DNA of 64,000 nt, from assembly GCA_034530875.2 (NCBI GenBank), contig JAVRCJ020000024.1:32001-96000 (forward strand). Reading direction: 5' to 3'. The notes beneath the pieces are model-generated. The model did not search any database. It worked only from the letters and a program-made list of their open reading frames with translations, and had not been told where the DNA came from. Positions 37,663-47,275 of this stretch are shown piece by piece; position 1 is the first letter of the stretch, and each line of letters opens with the position of its first letter. The DNA comes from Nostoc sp. DedSLP01. Lineage in GTDB: Bacteria > Cyanobacteriota > Cyanobacteriia > Cyanobacteriales > Nostocaceae. The position numbers and the translations under genes are program-made.

Positions 37663-38600
37663 TTGCTGATTCTCCTTTGAAAAATTTTGAGATAGTTTGA
37701 ATGTTTTGGCGTCAAAACATTATTTAGTGGATGAAATCATAATATTGAGAAAAACATTAGGTGTTAAAACGGTTGTGTTGTAAGGCTTTGGGAAAAGCTA
37801 AAGTTTTTGTGAAAATTACAGGCGATCGGAAAATCTAGAGTTATCGTATTAACTGTCGGAATCAAAGATTAACATCTACCCTTAAATCAAAGTCTTTCCA
37901 TTGCTTTGTAGTAGTTAAAAAATTTTTGCAATTTACTAATTGAACCTGCTTGCAAGCGAGCTCAAAATTCCTTGACTGTTCTAGATAGTAACTGAATTTG
38001 GCGAATGGAAAGTAAATTCTTCGGGTGAAGAAAAAGCCAAAATCACTGTACCATTTTTTCCAATCAATTCAACAGAGATTTGCTTATTTTTTGAAATATT
38101 CCAAATCACTCGCCTAATTTGATATTAGCCCAAAGGATGATTTTCCTGGTTCTATATGGTTGTCAATTCTTCTAATTAGGTTACATACCTTAGCTTGTGA
38201 GTAGTTGATGAGAAACCTACGCATAAGTAAGTAACCCATTTTCTTAGTCAGAAAAGCACAGAGATAATATTTGTAGACTCTACAAAAGTTGTTCAATTAA
38301 CTTTGATAGGGTTAGCCCTATCAAGCTAGTTTTCATTAATCTCGAGCTTAATAATTGTCTAAGCCAATTTCGGATTGCTGTAAATATCAAAGCTTCTAAA
38401 GTCCTTTATTATAACTAGATTTTTCTACAAGATAAATACTCATTAATCTGAGATTAATGACAATGTTTGATAGAAAAAGCAAGGATTAAAAGGCTGGTTT
38501 TGAAAACCGTTGGAAAAGTACAAAGCTTCTTTAAAGCTCGATAGCTATAACTCAACAGCATTACTTCTGTTTATTATTCACAACCAGCAATTAGGATAAT

Positions 38601-38624
38601 AGTACCCTTAAGGGTACTTTTTTT
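38601..38624 (+). terminator. Possible Rho-independent terminator or palindromic binding site
   Basis: Perfect 18-bp palindrome AGTACCCTTAAGGGTACT followed by a T run. Confidence 0.4.
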
Positions 38625-38893
38625 GCTGTATGCAATGCTGGCCTTTAATGGAAAGTGTTGAAACTCTATCACTGATTAATTTGTAGCCAATAGCTTATTT
38701 AGGATTTATAGGAAACCTATGAGAACGACTAACACTAAATCAGCTTTAGAAAGCTAGTCTGGGATCAAACCCTGTCTATCAAGTTTAACCTCGTTTAATC
38801 TTTGCGATCGCAGAATACGACAATTTTGGTCTTTGTAAATTTAGGAAAGGTTAACATTAAAGTAAATTTTGGTTTTTTCTAAACTCAAGGCTA

Positions 38894-38911
38894 AATGTAA
38901 ACAAATGTAAC
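38894..38911 (-). promoter_or_regulatory. Putative HLR1 (RpaB) direct-repeat site
   Basis: Minus strand GTTACATT-TG-TTTACATT matches (G/T)TTACA(T/A)(T/A)-N2-(G/T)TTACA(T/A)(T/A) exactly. Confidence 0.55.
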
Positions 38912-39227
38912 TAGATATGAATTTTTAGTAACAAAAGGATCGAGATCGACTCAATGGCAAATAACAAAATACTGTTTTGTTATACATAGCGATCGAGCTA
39001 CCCGCAATCAATAAGTATGTTAATAATTTAACACTCTTAAAAAATTAGACATTTAAATAATAATTAAAATAAAGGCTTTTAACTGCCTAATTCTAAAATT
39101 ATACGTAGTGTATTAGTCAAAAAATAAACTAAATATTTAGTTGTTGCATTCGAGCATACAGCGATCCTAAATGGCTAGATAACAGCTTTTAAAGGTCAGG
39201 GCAAGCTCAATGGTCAATAAATTTAGC

Positions 39228-39257
39228 TTGACAATTAGCGGTTAGTTGTATATACAC
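39228..39257 (+). promoter_or_regulatory. Sigma70-type promoter overlapped by a putative MarR operator
   Basis: TTGACA (39228-39233), 17 nt, TATACA; palindrome TTGTATATACAC at 39246-39257 covers the -10 region. Confidence 0.7.
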
Positions 39258-39284
39258 TTAATTTATGGTTATTAAAACCTGTTT

Positions 39285-39749
39285 ATGGAAAAGCAAGTTA
39301 ATCGGTTAGATTTAGCTCAACTGATTGCGATTGAAAATACCTGCGCCTGCTTCAATCTGCGTAAAGCATCGAGAGCAGTCACGCAACTTTTTGATGAGAA
39401 GCTAGAGCCAACTGGTTTGCTGGTTACCCAGTTGACGCTTTTAGTTGCTATCTCAATTCTCGGCTCAGTCACAATGAGCGATTTAGCCGAAGGTTTAGTC
39501 ATGGATAGAACTACCCTGACGCGAAATCTCAAGCCTCTCGAAAGGGAAGAAATGATTCAAATTAATCCTGGCGACGATCGCCGGGTGCGAATGATAACCT
39601 TGACGGATAAGGGACGCTCTATTTTGGCGCAAGCATTACCACTATGGCAACAAGCCCAAGCTCATATAGTCGAGAGCTTAGGCGAGGAAACTTTTAATTT
39701 GATGCTGTCGAGCTTAACTGCTACGGTTTCCATAGCTCGGAAAGGCTAA
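39285..39749 (+). CDS. MarR-family transcriptional regulator
   Basis: CACFNLRKASRAVTQ.FD, MDRTTLTRNLKPL, DDRRVR.I.LT..G. Confidence 0.93.
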   Translation: MEKQVNRLDLAQLIAIENTCACFNLRKASRAVTQLFDEKLEPTGLLVTQLTLLVAISILGSVTMSDLAEGLVMDRTTLTRNLKPLEREEMIQINPGDDRRVRMITLTDKGRSILAQALPLWQQAQAHIVESLGEETFNLMLSSLTATVSIARKG

Positions 39750-39766
39750 TTTTTTTTGGATAAAAC

Positions 39767-39778
39767 GTGTATATCCAC
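39767..39778. promoter_or_regulatory. Second putative MarR operator
   Basis: GTGTATATCCAC, 11/12 match to the palindrome GTGTATATACAC, between marR and devB-like gene. Confidence 0.6.
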
Positions 39779-39801
39779 CTAATAAAAGGTCGAGTATTTT
39801 T

Positions 39802-40920
39802 ATGTTTGAGCAAGAAGTATCTTTAACTCCTGAGAAAAACCATAGACCCTCGCTCAAACCTATAGTGCAGTGGGCTGGCATTTTAGGAGCGATAGCAGCA
39901 TTAGGGATAGGTGGATTTGTAGTTTGGAAAGTCAGTTCCCAAAGTGCGGTTGAAAATCAGACTGCGATACCTGCTTCTTTACCTAAAGCAGAAAAAGTTG
40001 TAGAGACAATAACTGCTTTAGGACGTTTGGAACCACACGGTGAAGTCATTCAAGTCTCAGCACCCACTTTTTTAGAAGGCGCACGGGTTGAGAAACTTTT
40101 GGTGGAAGATACAGATTGGGTAAAATCCGGTCAGGTGATAGCAATCCTCGATCGCCGCGAACGCTTGGAAGCTGCTTTTAAACAAGCTCAAAGACAAGTT
40201 GAAGTAGCCCAAGCACACCTAGCACAGGTAAAAGCTGGAGCCAAACAGGGAGATTTAGCAGCCCAAAAAGCAACCATCGCTCGGTTAGAAGCAGAATTAC
40301 GCATTGCCGAAACAGAACATCAACGGTACAAATTTCTCCAACAAGAGGGAGCTATCTCTGCTTCACTGCTAGATTCAAAACGCCAAATCGTCGAAACAAT
40401 TCAAGGACAGCTCAATCAAGCTAAATCTACCTTAACTAGCATTGCAGAAGTTCGTCCGACTGATATTCAAGAAGCTCAAGCAGAAATTGCCAGTGCTGTA
40501 GCATCGGCGCAAAAAGCCAAAGCCGACTTAGAAACCGCCTTTGTCACCGCACCGCAGAACGGTCAAGTTTTAAAAATTCATACTCGTGCGGGAGAGATGG
40601 TTGGAGCCAAAGCGATCGCAGATATAGGGCAAACTAGCCAAATGGACGCCATCGCCGAAGTTTACGAAAACGATCTTGCGAAAGTGAAAATAGGTCAAAA
40701 AGCTACGATTACCAGTATTAACAAAGCCTTCCCTGGAAAACTCCAAGGAACTGTATACCGAATTATTCCTCAAATTGGCAAGCGGGATGTCCTCAATGAC
40801 GACCCAGCAGCAGCAGTGGATGCCAGAGTTGCCGAAGTCAAAATCCGTTTGTTACCGAAAGATAGCAAGCGAATTATGGGTTTGATCAATCTGAAAGTAG
40901 AAGTAGCGATCGCTCCTTAA
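39802..40920 (+). CDS. ABC exporter membrane fusion protein (DevB family)
   Basis: N-terminal TM; ALGRLEP.GEVI.VSAP; coiled coil; AEVYE.D...VKIGQ. Confidence 0.9.
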   Translation: MFEQEVSLTPEKNHRPSLKPIVQWAGILGAIAALGIGGFVVWKVSSQSAVENQTAIPASLPKAEKVVETITALGRLEPHGEVIQVSAPTFLEGARVEKLLVEDTDWVKSGQVIAILDRRERLEAAFKQAQRQVEVAQAHLAQVKAGAKQGDLAAQKATIARLEAELRIAETEHQRYKFLQQEGAISASLLDSKRQIVETIQGQLNQAKSTLTSIAEVRPTDIQEAQAEIASAVASAQKAKADLETAFVTAPQNGQVLKIHTRAGEMVGAKAIADIGQTSQMDAIAEVYENDLAKVKIGQKATITSINKAFPGKLQGTVYRIIPQIGKRDVLNDDPAAAVDARVAEVKIRLLPKDSKRIMGLINLKVEVAIAP

Positions 40921-41020
40921 TTCTGGCAGTGAAAGTAATATGTTTTCTCAATTTCAGGAGTGTAAAAACTCTAAATTGTATTTTCTCAAGAATGAAACTT
41001 AAATTAACTTATGTAATGCA

Positions 41021-42208
41021 ATGATAGGTTTTAATTTATTCTTCCTTGATAGGAATCAAATTCCCCTAGCATGGTTGCAACTAATGCGGGAGAAAACGCG
41101 GTTACTCGTTGCCATTTCAGGTATTAGCTTTGCAGTAGTGCTAATGTTTATGCAGATGGGATTTCTGACTGCTTTATTTGATAGTGCAGTTGGTATGCAT
41201 AGCAGTTTACAAGGCGATATTGTGCTGGTTAGTCCTCGGTCGGTGGCCTTAATTGCTATGAAGCCATTTTCCCAACGGCGGCTATACCAAACATTAGGCT
41301 TTGAAGGCGTAGAATCAGTTAGTCCTATTTATGTAGATTCTGGCATCTGGAAAAACCCACAAAATCCTAGTATCACTCGCAATATTCGAGTCTATGGAAT
41401 TAATCCTGACGAGCAAGTTTTTAACATGCCGGGGATAGCTGAAAATCTAGATAAGATTAAAAAGCCTGATGTAGTTTTATTCGATTGGGGTTCGCGTACT
41501 GAATTTGGACCGATTAGCACTTTATTCAAGCAGGAAAAAAGTGTAATTACAGAGGTAGAAGAACGCCGAGTTAATGTTGGGGGTTTGTTTGAATTGGGAG
41601 TTACCTTTGGCTCTGATGGCACTTTAGTCACCAGCGATATAAATTTTTTGAGAATTTTTGAAGGGCGTAGAAGTGCAGGATTAATTGATATCGGTTTGAT
41701 TAAATTAAAACCGGGTGTAGATGCAGTAAAAGTCCTAAAAAACTTGAGGGAAAATCTACCCAAAGATGTGAAAATTTTATCAAAAAAAGAATACAAAGAT
41801 TTTGAAGTCAACTATTGGAGTGGCAGCACGCCCATTGGTTTTACCTTTATACTTGGTACAATTATGGGCTTTATTGTCGGTACGATTATCGTTTATCAAG
41901 TACTTTATACTGACGTTAACGATCATCTACCAGAGTATGCCACACTCAAAGCGATCGGATACAAAGATTCCTTCTTTTCAGGTGTTGTATTTCAAGCAGC
42001 GATAATTTTAGCCGTGTTAGGCTTTTTGCCTGGAATATTAATTGCTTGGGGTTTATACGAACTCACGCGCAACGCTACACTATTGCCGATGTTTATGCAG
42101 CTAGATAAAAATTTACTAGTTTTAGTTTTGACATTTGTGATGTGCTTTGTCTCTGGTAGTATCGCTATACGTAAGCTGCGAGAAGCAGACCCAGCCGACA
42201 TATTTTAA
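41021..42208 (+). CDS. ABC exporter permease (DevC family)
   Basis: IPLAWLQL..EK.RLLVA..GI.FAV.LMFMQ.GF; YQVLYTDV.DHLPEYATLKAIGY; ends ADPADIF. Confidence 0.93.
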   Translation: MIGFNLFFLDRNQIPLAWLQLMREKTRLLVAISGISFAVVLMFMQMGFLTALFDSAVGMHSSLQGDIVLVSPRSVALIAMKPFSQRRLYQTLGFEGVESVSPIYVDSGIWKNPQNPSITRNIRVYGINPDEQVFNMPGIAENLDKIKKPDVVLFDWGSRTEFGPISTLFKQEKSVITEVEERRVNVGGLFELGVTFGSDGTLVTSDINFLRIFEGRRSAGLIDIGLIKLKPGVDAVKVLKNLRENLPKDVKILSKKEYKDFEVNYWSGSTPIGFTFILGTIMGFIVGTIIVYQVLYTDVNDHLPEYATLKAIGYKDSFFSGVVFQAAIILAVLGFLPGILIAWGLYELTRNATLLPMFMQLDKNLLVLVLTFVMCFVSGSIAIRKLREADPADIF

Positions 42209-42237
42209 ATAGAAGGCTCCAAAAAACAAGACTTATT

Positions 42238-42418
42238 TATAGGACTGAGATTTGATTGCGTGAAAAAAATCAGTACATCCAGACAAGGCTTCTGTCCTAC
42301 TCCCTGCCTATCGCGCTTGCGCTGCGCTTCTCTACGAGACGCTTTGCGTAGCTTGCTTCCCCGCAAGGGTACGCGCACCACACAAATAAATTCTCCAAAT
42401 AAAACCGGATTTCTATAG
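42238..42418. repeat. Composite repeat region: degenerate MITE-like ends enclosing nested small dispersed repeats
   Basis: Imperfect ATAG...TTTGATT inverted ends; internal CTCTACGAGACGC and GCGTAGCTTGCTTCCCCGCAAGGGTACGC blocks typical of Nostocales small repeats. Confidence 0.5.
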
Positions 42419-42483
42419 TTTCTGGATATCATTTGAGATTTAATCTTGTCTAACTACTCAATATCCTTTTTTATAGTTTTATT

Positions 42484-43215
42484 ATGCAATCGGAACCTAT
42501 TGTTAATATTGAAAACCTCAGCCATTACTACGGTCAAGGAGCTTTACGCAAACAAATTCTGTTTGATATTAATCTCCAAATTCAACCAGGCGAAATTGTA
42601 ATTATGACCGGGCCTTCTGGGTCTGGTAAAACTTCTTTACTAACTTTAATTGGTGCTTTACGTTCAGCCCAAAGCGGGAGTTTAAAAGTTTTTGGTCAAG
42701 AGTTATGTAGAGCTAGTCAAGACCAATTAGTGCAAGTCCGACGCAATATCGGCTATATTTTTCAGGCACATAACTTGTTGAGTTTTTTAACAGCTCAACA
42801 GAATGTGCAAATGTCGCTACAACTCCAACCTGGTATGACCAAACAAAAGGCTCAACGCCGAGCAAAATCTATACTTGAAGTTGTTGGACTAGGGCAAAGA
42901 ATTAATAGTTATCCAGAAAACCTTTCTGGCGGACAAAAACAGCGAGTTGCAATTGCTCGTGCTTTGGTAAATTCTCCTAGATTAGTTCTAGCTGACGAAC
43001 CTACTGCTGCTTTAGATAGTAAGACTGGTCGCGATGTAGTAGATTTGATGCAAAAACTAGCTAAAGAACAAGGGTGTTCTATTTTATTAGTGACTCACGA
43101 TAATCGGATTTTGGATATTGCGAATCGGATTGTATATATGGAAGATGGCCGATTACAGAAAAGTAAAACGCAAACTTTTGTTAAAGAAGATGCCATACAA
43201 AACGCACTCAGGTAA
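42484..43215 (+). CDS. ABC exporter ATP-binding protein (DevA family)
   Basis: LRKQILFDINL, GPSGSGKT, GYIFQAHNL, LSGGQKQRVAIARAL, LADEPTAALD. Confidence 0.93.
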   Translation: MQSEPIVNIENLSHYYGQGALRKQILFDINLQIQPGEIVIMTGPSGSGKTSLLTLIGALRSAQSGSLKVFGQELCRASQDQLVQVRRNIGYIFQAHNLLSFLTAQQNVQMSLQLQPGMTKQKAQRRAKSILEVVGLGQRINSYPENLSGGQKQRVAIARALVNSPRLVLADEPTAALDSKTGRDVVDLMQKLAKEQGCSILLVTHDNRILDIANRIVYMEDGRLQKSKTQTFVKEDAIQNALR

Positions 43216-43290
43216 TTTATGGCGGCGTTGTTTTCTCCGTTGATGCTTGCACTGAGACTGTATTCATTGAAGAAGAATTCAGAAGTCAGA

Positions 43291-43315
43291 ATGGGCTACG
43301 CCCCGCTACGCTAAC
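43291..43315. repeat. 25-bp small dispersed repeat (copy 2)
   Basis: ATGGGCTACGCCCCGCTACGCTAAC within a CAGAA(T/G)T heptamer context; matches 2969-2993 in reverse. Confidence 0.75.
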
Positions 43316-43554
43316 AGGAGCCAGAACAAGAAAGTGGAGGATTCAGAGGAGCCACTAATTGTTTTGCACCAAATTTTTAATTTTGTGGGGGTGCAAAAAC
43401 GCCGTTTATTTATTCACCAGCCGTACAAAATTCCCAAACTGAATTCAGAATTCAGAATTCTGTTTTGATAAAACCTTCTATTTTTTATTTAAAATTATTT
43501 TGTCTAAATTCCATCAGGCAGCAAAACTGTTGTAAATAAATCACAAGCCATCAT

Positions 43555-43674
43555 TAGACTTCTTGCAGAAGTCGGGAAAAGGGAAAGGGGGAAAGGTTTG
43601 GTATTTTCCTTTCCCCAATAAAGATGCATACCTTTTTCCACAAGAGTGCAAAAAACAGTTTTGCAAGAACTCTA
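43555..43674. mobile_element. MITE-like element, same family as 7113-7262
   Basis: TAGACTTCTTGCA...TGCAAGAACTCTA ends; shared interior GGGGGAAAGGTTTGGTATTTTCC...CCACAAGAGTGCAAAAA. Confidence 0.7.
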
Positions 43675-43907
43675 TTGTCAATTTGTATTTCCGTCTTTAC
43701 CCGGATCTCGGCTTTACCTCTATTGGATTCAATAGAAACAGATCGTAAATGGGTTTAACTCTATTATATTTCCGATTTGACAGCGAACTTTGTTTGAGAA
43801 ATATCTAATATGGATAATTCTTACTCAAAAAGCTCAGATGTGGAGCTAATCTAAACCTGCGATCGCAAGAGAAACTCAATAATCCCAACTGGAATTCAGG
43901 ATTGACC

Positions 43908-46900
43908 ATGAGCCAACGATTCCCATCTGAAAATTTCCAGACAAATGTTGGAACTAATACTGGTTTAATTGGAAGCGATCGCGCACAAATCCCTCTGTGT
44001 GAGAGCGACGCATATTGGCAGCAAGCAATTGAGTATGCTTCTTTGGGGATAGCCATATTCGATCGAGAAATGCGTTATCTAAATGTGAATCGCAAATGGC
44101 TCGACGATTATCAGCTGACTGATAACATTATTGGATGCTCACACTATGAGATATTTCCTGATATTACACCAGAGTGGAAGCAAATTCATCAAAAGTGTTT
44201 GGCAGGGGAGACCATACAACGTGCTGAAGATCCTTGTCTACTAGCAGGCGGAACTATAGAGTGGATCGGTTGGTCAATCCGTCCTTGGTATATGGCAGAC
44301 GGTGAAATCGGCGGCATTATGATGTTCAGTGAGAACATCACCCAGCGCAAGCAAACGGAAATAACGCTGCAAGAACGCGAGGAACAATTCCGCTTAACTT
44401 TTGAACAAGCGGCCATAGGGATTTGCCACGTAAGTTTAGATGGACATTGGGTGCTGGTTAATCAACGCTTCTGTGAAATTGTGGGTTACGAGCGTGAGGA
44501 ATTATTAGCTCTGACATTTCAAGATATTACTCATCCGGAGGACTTAGAAACAGATTTCAGTTATGTCCAGCAGTTGCTTCAAGGTATAATTACTCGCTAC
44601 TCAATTGAGAAGCGATACATCCATAAAAACGGTTCTATTATTTGGATCGCTCTCGACGTTTCCTTGCTGCGTCTAGCTTCTGGAGAACCTGTATACTTTA
44701 TTTCCACTATTCAGGATATTGGCGATCGCAAACAAGCCGAAATCGCACTCCAGCAAAGCGAAGAACGTTATCGTTCGCTAATTGCTGCAACTTCTCAAAT
44801 AGTCTGGACAGCAGATACTCAAGGGCGATCGCCAGATATGCCAACCATGAGGGCTTACACCGGACTAACCGAATCAGAGGTAATTAATTTGGGTTGGTTA
44901 AATGCAATTCATCCAGACGATCGCCAAAAAACAACTCAAGTCTGGATGCAAGCAGTGGAAACCAGAAGCTTATATGAAGTAGAGTATCGGATTCGAGGAG
45001 CTGATGGTAATTATCGCTATTTCCAAGGTCGAGGTGTTCCCGTTCTCAATGGAGATGGTAGCATCCGCGAGTGGGTAGGGACTTGTACCGACATCCACGA
45101 GAGCAAAGAAGCTGAAGAAGCTTTACAAGAAAGCAATACATTGTTGCGATCGATTTTAGAAAGTACTCCAGACTTCATTGTTGTCAAGGATCTTGATGGG
45201 CGTCATGTTGCTCTTAACTCGAATTTAGCCAAATTCTTTGGTAAGCCAATTGAGGAAATTATCGGCAAAGATGATTTTGAACTACTATCGCCTGAGGTTG
45301 CAAGTGCAATGATGGCTAAAGACCGCCAGATTATGACCGCAGGCATTGCTGAGACTTATGAAGAAGATGTCCATAATGGTGAAATTAGAGGAACCTACCT
45401 GACTACAAAAGCTCCTTGGCGGGATACTCACGGGAATATTCTCGGTATTATTGCCATCACTAGAAATATTAGCGATCGCAAACAAGCAGAACTAGCGCTG
45501 CAACGAAGTGAAGAAAGATTCCGTTCGTTAATTGAAGCTACATCTCAAATTGTTTGGAGTACTGATGCTGAAGGTGCATTCGTCACCGACCAACCACAAT
45601 GGCGAGCTTTCACAGGACAAACCGCGGAAGAACTGTCGGGTTTGGGATGGCTAAATATGATACATCCAGAAGATAAAGCTCACACTAATGAGGTTTGGTC
45701 AGCAGCACTTAGCAAGCGCACTGTTTATCAAGCCGAGCTACGGATTCAGCGTCATGACGGTGAGTACCGCTACTTCAGCGCCCGTGGCGTACCGATGTTG
45801 GATGTAGATGGCAGCGTGCGAGAGTGGGTAGGTGCTAACACTGATATTACCGATCGCAAACAAGCAGAAATTGCTCTTGCCAAAGCCAAAGAAGCAGCAG
45901 AAGCAGCGAGTTATGCCAAAAGCGAATTTCTGGCTAACATGAGCCATGAGTTACGGACACCGCTTAATGGCATCCTTGGCTATGCCCAAATTCTTCAGCG
46001 TTCCAAAAATTTAGATGAAGAAGCGCGATCGCGCATTGATGTCATCTACCAGTGCGGTTCGCATTTGCTGACCTTAATTAATGACATCTTAGATTTGTCC
46101 AAGATTGAGGCGCAGAAAACAGAACTCATGCCTACGGATTTCCACTTCCCGGCCTTCTTGCAAGGTGTCGCCGAGATGTGCCGCATCCGTGCCGAACTGA
46201 AAAATATTAATTTTCAATATCAATTAGCCTCAGAACTACCTATTGGCATTCGTGCCGATGAAAAACGCCTGCGGCAAGTATTAATCAACCTTCTGAGCAA
46301 CGCCATCAAATTTACCGATACAGGTAGCGTCACCTTTACAATTAGCTATGGCTCGGAAGAAAAAATTCGCTTTGAAATACGCGATACAGGCATCGGTATT
46401 GCTCAAGACAAACTCGAAGCGATTTTTCAACCCTTTGAACAAGCAGGAGATAGCCGCCGCCAAACCGAGGGTACTGGGTTGGGATTGGCAATCAGTCAAA
46501 AAATTGTAGAACTGATGGGTAGCACGATTCACGTTCAAAGTGAGATAGGAGTCGGCAGTATTTTCTGGTTTGATGTCAACTTACCTGTTGCTGACGAATG
46601 GGTGAAAACATCGCAAGCTGACGATAAAGGACAAATTATTGGCATCAAAGACTGTCGTCCTAAGGTGCTTGTGGTTGATGACAAATGGGCAAATCGCTCA
46701 GTCGTTGCCAACTTGCTTACTCCCATTGGTTTCGAGATCGCTGAAGCACTCAATGGAGAAGAAGGTTGGCAAAAAGTTCAAGAATTTCAGCCAAATCTCG
46801 TCATTACCGATTTATTGATGCCAGAACTCGATGGCTTTGGTCTCATCAAGCGTATTCGCGAATCGGATACATTCAAAGATATTGCCATAATTGTTTCCTC

Positions 46901-47270
46901 AGCTAGCGTATTTGAAAGCGATCGCGATCGGAGCTTAGAAGTGGGGGGAGATGAGTTTCTTCCCAAACCTTTACAAGCAATGGATCTGTTTCAAAAATTA
47001 CGCAAACTTCTCAATCTAGAGTGGCTTTACGAACAGCAAGATTTAAGTCAATCAGAGCACCACTATACTCAGCTAGTCGCTCCACCTACAGCAGAATTAG
47101 AAACTCTGTACGAGTTGGTAATGAAAGGTAACTTCAAGGGAATTATTAAACAAGCAGCATTGCTTGCACAAATGGATGAAAAATACATCCCCTTTGCTAA
47201 TAAGCTGCACGAACTGGCAAAAGGATTTCAAGACCAAGATATTCTTGCACTCATTCAATCTTACAAATAA
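43908..47270 (+). CDS. Multi-PAS hybrid sensor histidine kinase with receiver domain
   Basis: About five PAS/PAC repeats (DIT.RKQ.E, IHPDD); H-box FLANMSHELRTPLN; G-boxes DTGIGI/GTGLGL; REC VLVVDD..DLLMP..KP. Confidence 0.93.
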   Translation: MSQRFPSENFQTNVGTNTGLIGSDRAQIPLCESDAYWQQAIEYASLGIAIFDREMRYLNVNRKWLDDYQLTDNIIGCSHYEIFPDITPEWKQIHQKCLAGETIQRAEDPCLLAGGTIEWIGWSIRPWYMADGEIGGIMMFSENITQRKQTEITLQEREEQFRLTFEQAAIGICHVSLDGHWVLVNQRFCEIVGYEREELLALTFQDITHPEDLETDFSYVQQLLQGIITRYSIEKRYIHKNGSIIWIALDVSLLRLASGEPVYFISTIQDIGDRKQAEIALQQSEERYRSLIAATSQIVWTADTQGRSPDMPTMRAYTGLTESEVINLGWLNAIHPDDRQKTTQVWMQAVETRSLYEVEYRIRGADGNYRYFQGRGVPVLNGDGSIREWVGTCTDIHESKEAEEALQESNTLLRSILESTPDFIVVKDLDGRHVALNSNLAKFFGKPIEEIIGKDDFELLSPEVASAMMAKDRQIMTAGIAETYEEDVHNGEIRGTYLTTKAPWRDTHGNILGIIAITRNISDRKQAELALQRSEERFRSLIEATSQIVWSTDAEGAFVTDQPQWRAFTGQTAEELSGLGWLNMIHPEDKAHTNEVWSAALSKRTVYQAELRIQRHDGEYRYFSARGVPMLDVDGSVREWVGANTDITDRKQAEIALAKAKEAAEAASYAKSEFLANMSHELRTPLNGILGYAQILQRSKNLDEEARSRIDVIYQCGSHLLTLINDILDLSKIEAQKTELMPTDFHFPAFLQGVAEMCRIRAELKNINFQYQLASELPIGIRADEKRLRQVLINLLSNAIKFTDTGSVTFTISYGSEEKIRFEIRDTGIGIAQDKLEAIFQPFEQAGDSRRQTEGTGLGLAISQKIVELMGSTIHVQSEIGVGSIFWFDVNLPVADEWVKTSQADDKGQIIGIKDCRPKVLVVDDKWANRSVVANLLTPIGFEIAEALNGEEGWQKVQEFQPNLVITDLLMPELDGFGLIKRIRESDTFKDIAIIVSSASVFESDRDRSLEVGGDEFLPKPLQAMDLFQKLRKLLNLEWLYEQQDLSQSEHHYTQLVAPPTAELETLYELVMKGNFKGIIKQAALLAQMDEKYIPFANKLHELAKGFQDQDILALIQSYK

Positions 47271-47275
47271 AGGCT

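Noticed and set aside
38114..38296. 60-aa ORF in the long intergenic region as a precursor peptide
   Set aside because: TTG start, no RBS or leader motif, and no RiPP enzymes nearby
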